DNA from: a virus
Taxonomy: Duplodnaviria > Caudoviricetes
Reading direction: 5' to 3' (one strand)
DNA: 24,363 nucleotides
Virus record (IMG/VR): IMGVR_UViG_3300032309_000007
Location: 1 to 24,363 of that record
Every line of letters starts with the position of its first letter. The stretch's first letter is position 1. Below, piece by piece: positions 15,344-22,633 of the stretch. The translations under genes and the position numbers were made by a program. The notes under the pieces were generated by a model. The model did not search any database. It worked only from the letters and a program-made list of their open reading frames with translations, and had not been told where the DNA came from.

Positions 15344-17250
15344 TAGCGTTTACCATCCACACGAGCATCTAGTCTAGGCACACCCAACTGCCAATTAACA
15401 CCTAAGTCCTCTGAACTAATCTTTAACGCCATCTGACGGGCACGGGCACGGATAAATACCTGATCCGTGTAAACATCCACCGCAGTCTCGATTACCGGCT
15501 TAGAGTCCGTTGTACCCACAGGTTGAAAGCCTGACCCGGGGAAGTTACGGGGGCGAATCTGTAGTGTTATCTCTGGTTGTGCGGCAGTAGACTTAGCAAA
15601 GTTAATATCAGGCAGCATACGACGGGTCAGCATAAACTGCTCACCATCAGCAATATCAAAGTCAGATGATTGAATATAAGCCGTTATAGGAGCGCCATCG
15701 TCGTCTAAACCGTTTTCTTGGTCGTATAAGACCCCAACATTACTTCCACTAGGCGTATTGACTGCCATAGGATACTCACGCAACGGACTATCTAACCATG
15801 CGGTACGGTCAATATTTCCGTAGTACCAAATACGCTCAAGGTAGTTATAGATCACATAACGGTTGGGGTACGAAGAAGTAGAACTTGGGTATATCCACCA
15901 AACTTCGTTCCAACCCTCGTTTGAGCCAGAAATAATAGTGTCGGCCTGACTAAGATTAATATCTTGAAAGATAAACTGTCGCAAAGTGCAAGGGAGCGTT
16001 TCAACACGGCCTGAATAAACATAAAACTTTTCGTTTCCCATCCAGTAAGTTATGTTATTTACGGTTACAGCAGCCCGTGGGCTGAGAATAGAAATATTAT
16101 CTGCTAGTTCCTGTAACCCAAATACATCTGTTGTTCCAAGGTATTGGAAAGAATACAGATGCGATTCTGTCCACACCAAAATCTCTTGTCTGGTTGGTAG
16201 AGCACGAACAATCCTTGACCCTCTAGAAACTCTTATAAATCCCGCAGAGTTGGTAGGCGTCGGAGTCCATTGACTCGGATTATCCTGATCAGCCCACCTA
16301 ATAAGAAGGGGGTCAAAATCAGCCACACTAGTAGAACCAAAAGGCACACTCCCAAAAGCGAGAAGATGTTTATCGTTCTGTGATACAAGAACCTGCATAG
16401 CCTTGGTTGGTACTGCATTGGCGTCGTATCCATCTGCTGTAGCCTTTGCTGAAAGAAGAATTGCATTGGTCTGAAGGGCGGTTCCGGGGTTAACGGAAGA
16501 CCCACGCTCCCAATAATAAATAGCGCCATCTCGAATATTTGCAACTAAGTCATTATCAAAGTTGTCATACCACCAATCAATTCCATTTATTGCAACGGGT
16601 GTTGTGCCACCAAGACCCCACTCAAGACGACTCCAACCGTCTGTACCCCAACCGTAGCCAAATGTACCCCCACCCGGGCCAACATTTATCTGATACTTGC
16701 CAATGGTAGAAGCACCACCGTTTCCTGAATCAGAAGCATTAGCCGTTACCGGAACGACAATTGTGTATGCATTGACGTTAATTACTGTGGCAATCTCAAA
16801 CCCTGCATCAGTATTTAGTATTGCTGCCGTTACGTTACCGCCCAAAGAAGCAGCACCGGTAAACTGAACATAATTACCTACAGATGCGGGAGCGCCTGTA
16901 TCTAAAACAGTAACGGTAGAAGACCCATTAGTTGCAGTAAATGTTACGTCTCCAGCAGCCGTTGTGGCTTGGAGGGGGGTTATATCATAAAAATAACCGC
17001 CCGCTTCTATATACAGTTTTAAGTTTGTCCCAACGGCTAATAGGTTGTCCCCATAAGTTGTTACATAGTTAAATAGTTGTCGGCAAGTTCCAAGAAAGGT
17101 ATTGGGCGTCTGTTTAAGCCAGCCACCAATCTTTTGGGGAAAGCCAGAAAGAAAGCGAATTTTGTCGCCCTCAAACCAGCCACCCTCGTTAGAGTAGTTG
17201 GTCTGATCTCGGTTTATTCCCGGCTTAAATCTAAGTGCTATAAATGGCAT
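15343..17250 (-). CDS. Tail nozzle / tail tubular protein B-like (P22 gp10-like stabilisation protein), 635 aa
   Basis: Size, beta-rich composition, motifs (KIGGW, LIRWADQD, EVWWIYP, YVIYNY..WYYG...RTAW, WQLG..R.D...DGKR) and position just upstream of the ejection genes. Confidence 0.75.
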   Translation of the reverse strand: MPFIALRFKPGINRDQTNYSNEGGWFEGDKIRFLSGFPQKIGGWLKQTPNTFLGTCRQLFNYVTTYGDNLLAVGTNLKLYIEAGGYFYDITPLQATTAAGDVTFTATNGSSTVTVLDTGAPASVGNYVQFTGAASLGGNVTAAILNTDAGFEIATVINVNAYTIVVPVTANASDSGNGGASTIGKYQINVGPGGGTFGYGWGTDGWSRLEWGLGGTTPVAINGIDWWYDNFDNDLVANIRDGAIYYWERGSSVNPGTALQTNAILLSAKATADGYDANAVPTKAMQVLVSQNDKHLLAFGSVPFGSTSVADFDPLLIRWADQDNPSQWTPTPTNSAGFIRVSRGSRIVRALPTRQEILVWTESHLYSFQYLGTTDVFGLQELADNISILSPRAAVTVNNITYWMGNEKFYVYSGRVETLPCTLRQFIFQDINLSQADTIISGSNEGWNEVWWIYPSSTSSYPNRYVIYNYLERIWYYGNIDRTAWLDSPLREYPMAVNTPSGSNVGVLYDQENGLDDDGAPITAYIQSSDFDIADGEQFMLTRRMLPDINFAKSTAAQPEITLQIRPRNFPGSGFQPVGTTDSKPVIETAVDVYTDQVFIRARARQMALKISSEDLGVNWQLGVPRLDARVDGKR

Positions 17251-17257
17251 GGCATCC

Positions 17258-17722
17258 TCACGCTACAAGTCCCGGCAGATATACCGTTTTACCGCCCTGC
17301 TTGGTGGCGGTCAAGTTTTGCTTCTTGAGGTTGGCAGGGTCGTAGGAGACATGAACCCAGCCAGAATCAGGCACTCCGGGGGTATAGAATTCAAGGATTA
17401 ACTGGGTGTACTCAAGGTTGTCCATAATCCATATGGCTAGGTCTGCGTTGGGGATTCCGGGGATTTCGATGTCCGAGGCTTGGCCTCTGCAATGATCACT
17501 GGTTTTCGAGCCACCGACTTTGGCGTTGACTTCCGGGTGGCGGTAGCCGGAGTTGACCTTGACCCCCGCCTTAAAATGGTCCCTAACAGGCTGAAGAACT
17601 TTTTCACACAGTATTTTAAGACTCTCAATTTCGGCCTCCCCGGGCGTGTTGTCCATGTCATGACGCAGTGCAGTATCAGACTTCACCATTTCAGACAGAG
17701 TAAAGTTAGCGGTCAGGTTCAT
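17258..17722 (-). CDS. Endolysin, peptidase M15 family (Zn-dependent), 154 aa
   Basis: NSGYR...N..VGG...SDH..GQASDI...WVHVS gives the His/Asp/His Zn ligands of M15 peptidases. Adjacent to the holin. Confidence 0.9.
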   Translation of the reverse strand: MNLTANFTLSEMVKSDTALRHDMDNTPGEAEIESLKILCEKVLQPVRDHFKAGVKVNSGYRHPEVNAKVGGSKTSDHCRGQASDIEIPGIPNADLAIWIMDNLEYTQLILEFYTPGVPDSGWVHVSYDPANLKKQNLTATKQGGKTVYLPGLVA

Positions 17723-18159
17723 TTCTTCTTGTCCAAAATCTCATCAAGTTGTAAGGATTTTTCCTTACTGCCTTGACTTGACCCAAAGTAGTAGCCGAGC
17801 ACCATAGTGACCGCAGAGGTCAGCGCACCTAGCACATAGATAATTATGTCCTTAGCATCTGACTTGACTTCCGCAAAAACAATTATTCCAAACAAAAGAA
17901 AGGTCAGACCTACCGTACCCAAGGCCAGCACGGGTGTAACGATCTTATTTATCGTCGGCGCAAACTCGCTGGTGGCAATCTCAATCTCCCGCTTACGGGC
18001 AGAGTCCATCTCTTTTACGTGGGCCTCAAGTTCAGCCAACTGACCCTTCTGAGCCATCTCCATGAGCGTGGCTTGCGCTTTTGCCTTGGCCTCTGGGTCA
18101 GGCAGAACCTTATCCAGAACCTTTTCTCCGATGCTTAATAGTGCAGCGATTGGTAACAT
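17719..18159 (-). CDS. Holin-like membrane protein, 146 aa
   Basis: N-terminal amphipathic helix (IGEKVLDKVLPD), two TM segments, YYFGSS motif, ATGA overlap with the endolysin. Confidence 0.75.
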   Translation of the reverse strand: MLPIAALLSIGEKVLDKVLPDPEAKAKAQATLMEMAQKGQLAELEAHVKEMDSARKREIEIATSEFAPTINKIVTPVLALGTVGLTFLLFGIIVFAEVKSDAKDIIIYVLGALTSAVTMVLGYYFGSSQGSKEKSLQLDEILDKKK

Positions 18160-18161
18160 AT

Positions 18162-18308
18162 TTATCCCCTTGTTGCTAAATACAGACCGACGTTGCTAAA
18201 GGCATAACCGGCAAAAACTATCGCCATCGAAAAGTTTCCTTTAGTGCCCTGTTCAAAACATATGTAAGCGTAAATACATCCCACTAAAATAATCAGCCAA
18301 GGACTCAT
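18162..18308 (-). CDS. Small 2-TM membrane protein, 48 aa (below the ORF-track cutoff)
   Basis: My translation is MSPWLIILVGCIYAYICFEQGTKGNFSMAIVFAGYAFSNVGLYLATRG*. It fills the gap between the phosphoesterase and the holin. Confidence 0.75.
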   Translation of the reverse strand: MSPWLIILVGCIYAYICFEQGTKGNFSMAIVFAGYAFSNVGLYLATRG

Positions 18309-18311
18309 TGT

Positions 18312-19253
18312 TTAAACTCTCTGTCCACGGAAGTAAGCCACGCCGTCAAGCACTTCACAAAGTTCTGGCGGCAATAATTTCCCATTCTCAAACGTCAATA
18401 CAGCAAAGCCTGAGCACCAATTAACCGGGTTCATTTCTGTATATACAAATTGCTCACCATAAGGTTCAGCAAGCGTCCCGGCGTCTACCCCCCAGCGACG
18501 CCCGTCATAATCTGAAAAGGGGGTGGTTTTTAACTGATGTAAGTGACCAGTTACTATCGACCGCCCCGATTTCAGGGCATTGTTCCACGTACTATGAACG
18601 CCGTTATGGTAGCGATGCTTGACAACAACTGATCCGTTAATATCAACCCGCCACCCGTGGTGCCAGCCCGGGAAGTAATCCCACAGAGAAAGCATATCCC
18701 CTATCTCAGGGGCGTTAACGGCGATGTACCGATGGAGCCGAACGTCGTGATTACCTATCGTCCACAGGAACACAGCGTTCTTTGTAGCGTTACGCACCTC
18801 ATCAAGACGATCTCTGCAAGCCTCAATTTCTTTCTTTGGTGTCGGCGGGTTTGTACCCATCAAAGGCTCGTGCCTTGAAATCCTAGCGCCATCCACAACA
18901 TCCCCGTTCATGATGACCGTTTTAGGCTTGTATTCTTTTATTAGGTTAACAAATGCCTTGTGCGCTACTGTAGATTCACCGGGCCAGTAGTGTGCGTCTG
19001 ATCCAATAAACACCATTCCATTTTCAACCGTATGTTCTATAACTCTTCGGTCTTCAGGTATGTAAGTTTTTTGATGAAGTTTTTGTGATGCAGCATAGGC
19101 TGGCAAAGCAATTCCCTGTTCTACTTGAATCTTGGCTTTGCGACTAGCAAGCGCTCTAATAGACATACCAAGTTGTTTAGCAGCCATTTGGGTGCTGCCA
19201 GACCTCTTCATTGCCGCAATTATTTCTTCGTCAGATACTTTTTTTAACGCCAC
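18312..19253 (-). CDS. Calcineurin-like metallophosphoesterase with N-terminal HTH-like segment, 313 aa
   Basis: All five motifs are present: SDAH, GDVVD, GNHD, KH, GHLH. The N-terminal TQMAAKQLGMSIRAL is HTH-like. Confidence 0.85.
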   Translation of the reverse strand: MALKKVSDEEIIAAMKRSGSTQMAAKQLGMSIRALASRKAKIQVEQGIALPAYAASQKLHQKTYIPEDRRVIEHTVENGMVFIGSDAHYWPGESTVAHKAFVNLIKEYKPKTVIMNGDVVDGARISRHEPLMGTNPPTPKKEIEACRDRLDEVRNATKNAVFLWTIGNHDVRLHRYIAVNAPEIGDMLSLWDYFPGWHHGWRVDINGSVVVKHRYHNGVHSTWNNALKSGRSIVTGHLHQLKTTPFSDYDGRRWGVDAGTLAEPYGEQFVYTEMNPVNWCSGFAVLTFENGKLLPPELCEVLDGVAYFRGQRV

Positions 19254-19674
19254 GGGGTTTCCTTGGTAGTTTTATTTCATCAATAGGGCCATGAGAACTT
19301 GAGTCATATAAACAAGCAATCTCAACCGCCTCCTTCGGAGAAGCCCCATAATGCATCGCCGCTATGGCAAAGTTGGCTCCCGTCCCTATACTCCAAAAAT
19401 CATTTTTAATTCTTGCCGGAATAATTGAACTCTCATATATCCACAAACCATCGTGCTTTAAAGAAATTACCGTAACCTCGGTATCAGAATCCAAATCACC
19501 ACCGGACTCCATTACTTGATAGAACTTTAAAATCTTGTCCCAATCACCACAGGCACCGTAAATACAATCCTTGCCCTGCCGTAACTTTTCTACTAAATAA
19601 AAACTATCATCACCGCTTACCATGCTATCTGCGGCAATCTCGCCCGTAGAAAACTTAGCGGCAATGGTGGTCAT
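19231..19674 (-). CDS. HslV/proteasome-beta-like Ntn-hydrolase (Thr protease), 147 aa
   Basis: M-TTIAA (Thr nucleophile after Met removal), AADS, VEK, GACGD, SIGTGANFAIAAM, AVEIA...D..S.G. Confidence 0.75.
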   Translation of the reverse strand: MTTIAAKFSTGEIAADSMVSGDDSFYLVEKLRQGKDCIYGACGDWDKILKFYQVMESGGDLDSDTEVTVISLKHDGLWIYESSIIPARIKNDFWSIGTGANFAIAAMHYGASPKEAVEIACLYDSSSHGPIDEIKLPRKPRGVKKSI

Positions 19675-20132
19675 TACAGATGTCCCTTAGCAATGTAATA
19701 AACAGTTACCATGAAGAACGCTATGGTGAAGCACCAAATCTTTAAAAGCCTTAACTTAGCCAGATCCCTACCAAATTCATCCTTGCCTTCCTTGGCTTCT
19801 TTCATCTGGCGCTCTTTAATCGCCTGAATCTCAGACCATTCCTTCTCAGCCTCAAACTTGCCGTACCGCTCTATTAACTGATCCTTTAATTCTTTTTCTG
19901 CTTCTTTAATTTGCTTTAATCTGCGCCACTCAGCAAAGGCGGTCATAATTGTGGTGTCGCCTTGAACAACTCGTTGTCTTTGTTTAAACGCCTGCTTGGC
20001 CTGTAACTCGGCTACCCCTAACTTCTGGATGTCATCAACAGCGGACGACAACTCCTTGCCCGACTGGATAGCAGACTTTATGCCCTTCGCCGCACCCTTT
20101 GCCGCAGTGAGTATTGGATCTATATCTGCCAA
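19674..20132 (-). CDS. Hypothetical coiled-coil protein with C-terminal TM helix, 152 aa
   Basis: TTG start with AGGA upstream, charged helical body, and C-terminal IWCFTIAFFMVTVYYI. Confidence 0.65.
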   Translation of the reverse strand: MADIDPILTAAKGAAKGIKSAIQSGKELSSAVDDIQKLGVAELQAKQAFKQRQRVVQGDTTIMTAFAEWRRLKQIKEAEKELKDQLIERYGKFEAEKEWSEIQAIKERQMKEAKEGKDEFGRDLAKLRLLKIWCFTIAFFMVTVYYIAKGHL

Positions 20133-20147
20133 AGTGCATTCCTATTC

Positions 20148-20366
20148 CTAAGTCTGGCCCCAAGTCTTGGCTCCGGCTTTTGGTACTGATGTAGCCCATA
20201 CAGATACAGACTTTTTTAACTTTAGGGGTGCGCCGCAGTCAGAGCAAGTATCAGCCGCCAACTCAGCCTCATCTAAGTCATACCCACAAGCGGCACAGAC
20301 ATGGACTTCTTCTGATTTACAGACTTTTACCCCGTCTACCTTATGCGCTTCAATTACTGTTTTCAT
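20148..20366 (-). CDS. Zinc-ribbon protein, 72 aa
   Basis: CAAC...CSDCG. The likely start is ATG 20366, preceded by GGAGA and 1 nt after the oxygenase stop, rather than 20399. Confidence 0.7.
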   Translation of the reverse strand: MKTVIEAHKVDGVKVCKSEEVHVCAACGYDLDEAELAADTCSDCGAPLKLKKSVSVWATSVPKAGAKTWGQT

Positions 20367-20367
20367 A

Positions 20368-20946
20368 TCATCTCCACTTTGAACCTTCCATCCATGCAAC
20401 TAATGAGTAACGTGTACCTTTTGTAACGGGGGTAACTCGGTGCATCAAAAAAGAAGGAAACACAATTACATTACCTTGGTTACGCAAAACCATAGGATCT
20501 GGCGGTCCTAAATATAGTGGCTTTATTTCTAAATCTCCACCTTCGTATTCTGATGGGTCCGACAGTTGAATAACCATAGAAAGTTTTCTATGCCCACAAT
20601 TAGGTGAATCCCACAGTACATCGTTATGCCAATCGTAAAACCCCTCATCAGCGGCATCATACTGAGTAAACTGCATCTCATGTAAATGCCAAAGTTCTGC
20701 GCCAAACGCACGACGATTTGCTTCCCTAAACATATCTACTACATCTAAATAAAAATCTTTAAAATCTGGCATAGCGCCATTTAACCACCTAATTTTAGAC
20801 CTACGAATCTGAGTGTCTGTTCTTTCACTAATATCTTCACAACCTATTACGGCTTCCTGCTCTGGTAACAAAGAAGCCAAAGAAATAATTCGATCACAAA
20901 AGCCTTTAGAAAACCTACCCTCCCAAAGTTGCCACATTGCATTCAT
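20368..20946 (-). CDS. 2OG-Fe(II) oxygenase (PKHD/prolyl-4-hydroxylase-like), 192 aa
   Basis: WHND (HxD), RKLS, YEGGDL, FPSFLMHRVTPVTKGTRYSLVAW (distal His and RxS). Confidence 0.92.
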   Translation of the reverse strand: MNAMWQLWEGRFSKGFCDRIISLASLLPEQEAVIGCEDISERTDTQIRRSKIRWLNGAMPDFKDFYLDVVDMFREANRRAFGAELWHLHEMQFTQYDAADEGFYDWHNDVLWDSPNCGHRKLSMVIQLSDPSEYEGGDLEIKPLYLGPPDPMVLRNQGNVIVFPSFLMHRVTPVTKGTRYSLVAWMEGSKWR

Positions 20947-21227
20947 TACTGTTTTCCTTCAGCAAATACATTTATAAAAACTGTATTGTCCTCAACCGCT
21001 TCTATTTCATGCCATTCTCCAGCCACAAGATTTATAGGCTGTGTGTTTTTGTCAACTAAAACTTCTTTTCCTTCTTTACGAATTACACAAGACCCAGAGC
21101 AACAAAAAGTTGCATGAGCATAAATGTGGCTGTGTTGGGGTAGCCCTTCACCTTTGTTAGCATGAAACACATTTATTTGTGCTCCATCATAGGTAAAATT
21201 ATGTTGGGATGTTATTGCTACTACCAT
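20946..21227 (-). CDS. Cupin-fold protein, 93 aa
   Basis: GEGLPQHSHIYAH..C..GS...LVAGEWHEIEA: the two cupin motifs with His ligands. Confidence 0.8.
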   Translation of the reverse strand: MVVAITSQHNFTYDGAQINVFHANKGEGLPQHSHIYAHATFCCSGSCVIRKEGKEVLVDKNTQPINLVAGEWHEIEAVEDNTVFINVFAEGKQ

Positions 21228-21408
21228 CTGATTCTTCTTTTACCGTTGGTATCACCATCCATTTACCTGTGTAACCAACAACTTTATTTACATATCTTAC
21301 ATGTTGCTCGATAGTTCCGTCTGCTTTTTGGTAAATACGAAATTCAGGCATGGTTCCTTCAACTGGATAAATACCATACCCCAAAGGGGCCATGTCATTA
21401 GCGCTCAT
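21199..21408 (-). CDS. Hypothetical protein, 69 aa
   Basis: ATGA-type overlap with the upstream gene and fills the operon. Confidence 0.6.
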   Translation of the reverse strand: MSANDMAPLGYGIYPVEGTMPEFRIYQKADGTIEQHVRYVNKVVGYTGKWMVIPTVKEESDGSSNNIPT

Positions 21409-21656
21409 AAGTCTTGTACCCCGGAGGTTACGGGTTGATCGGGCGATGGTTCATCAGGCGAAACAAAAGGAGCAATTGGTCCATACATACCAGCCAGTGC
21501 ATTGTTATAAAGTTCCACACCGTGAGGCATTGGGTCAAAGGGTGTTGCACCAAAAGGCATTTCTGAGGCCATTTCGTAAAATTTAACTTTTAAATCTATG
21601 GTTTGTCCGTCAGAGGAACTATAGATTGGATTTTTTGCGTATTCAATTGTTAGCAT
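21405..21656 (-). CDS. Tail fibre assembly/chaperone-like protein, 83 aa
   Basis: Directly downstream of the fibre gene with an AGGAG RBS. PFGATPFDPMPHGVELY...AG.YGPIAPF resembles Tfa-like N-terminal domains. Confidence 0.6.
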   Translation of the reverse strand: MLTIEYAKNPIYSSSDGQTIDLKVKFYEMASEMPFGATPFDPMPHGVELYNNALAGMYGPIAPFVSPDEPSPDQPVTSGVQDL

Positions 21657-21667
21657 TTTATTTCTCC

Positions 21668-22618
21668 TTATGAAACACGTACTATTAATCCGGCAACATT
21701 GTAAGTATCCCCTGCGTTACTCGCCGGGGCACTCATCCATTTCCAAGTTCCGGACAAATTATTGTTAAAACCGCCCGGGCCAAAAATATTAACTGACCGG
21801 AACCTAATCGTAGGGCCACTATTAATTCCAGCAGGATAATTTGTTCCTGAAGTTATTGTGGTAGTGGTACTATCATTGGGAAATCCGCCTGTTGAATAAC
21901 TTCCTACATCATTAAATGAAGAGGAACCCCCGCTAGGCCCCGGAGGTCCGGGCGGCCCTGAAGGTCCTGTTGGTCCAGCGGGTCCTGCTGGTCCGGTTGG
22001 TCCTGTGGGGCCAGAAACACCCGATGCATAAGTTTGATCGCCACGAAGGAACGTAGTGGCATTAGCAGTACCAGTACCTAAACGTGCTGTAGGTACCGTT
22101 CCACTAGTAATAGCGGATGCATTAAGTGAAGTTATGTTTGCGCCAGAAAAAGTGGCTGTAGTCGAGCCAGTACCGCCAGAAGCAACGGGGAGTGCAGTAG
22201 CAAGAGTTAGAGAAGTTAGATGTGTAATTGCGTCAAGGACGTTAGTTCCGTTGTTGTACACATACATAGTCTTACCAGCGGGAACTGCAATACCTGTGCC
22301 ACTATTATTTTTAACAGTGATGGTATCCGCACAGGTATTGTTAATAATGTAGACTTTTTCGATAGCAGGTACAATTAAGTTCTGTGCGCCGCCAGAAGTA
22401 CCAAGCAAATTAAGACGTAGGTTACGTGCTGTCTGTGAAGCGTTAGTATCCGTTAAAGTTAAGGTAACTGGGCCACTAGCAAAAGTCACATCAGCCGAGC
22501 CAACAATAGCCTCTTCTAACGCTACCCCTAGGTTGTCATTAGTGACGTTACCCCATGTTCCCGAGTTTTCCCCGGTAGCCATAAGTTGAATTTTTAAATT
22601 ACTGTACGTACTTGCCAT
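21668..22618 (-). CDS. Tail fibre protein with collagen-like segment, 316 aa
   Basis: N-terminal ATGENSGTWG..TN.N, fibre motifs LPVASGGTG and TTFLRGD, a (Gly-Pro-X)9 segment, and a C-terminal GTWKWM...VRVS tip. AAGGAG RBS. Confidence 0.85.
   Translation of the reverse strand: MASTYSNLKIQLMATGENSGTWGNVTNDNLGVALEEAIVGSADVTFASGPVTLTLTDTNASQTARNLRLNLLGTSGGAQNLIVPAIEKVYIINNTCADTITVKNNSGTGIAVPAGKTMYVYNNGTNVLDAITHLTSLTLATALPVASGGTGSTTATFSGANITSLNASAITSGTVPTARLGTGTANATTFLRGDQTYASGVSGPTGPTGPAGPAGPTGPSGPPGPPGPSGGSSSFNDVGSYSTGGFPNDSTTTTITSGTNYPAGINSGPTIRFRSVNIFGPGGFNNNLSGTWKWMSAPASNAGDTYNVAGLIVRVS
21923..22021 (-). repeat. Collagen-like (Gly-X-Y)11 repeat
   Basis: GVS GPT GPT GPA GPA GPT GPS GPP GPP GPS GGS. 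Confidence 0.9.
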
Positions 22619-22633
22619 TTTTTACTCCTTAAA

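Noticed and set aside
72-19989. GTTTAAAC copies or the 66-nt repeats as a CRISPR array
   Set aside because: The repeats are too short or too degenerate, irregularly spaced and inside coding sequence. No cas genes are present.
20367-20399. Longer start (83 aa) for the Zn-ribbon gene
   Set aside because: It overlaps the oxygenase C-terminus. ATG 20366 has a GGAGA RBS and follows the upstream stop.
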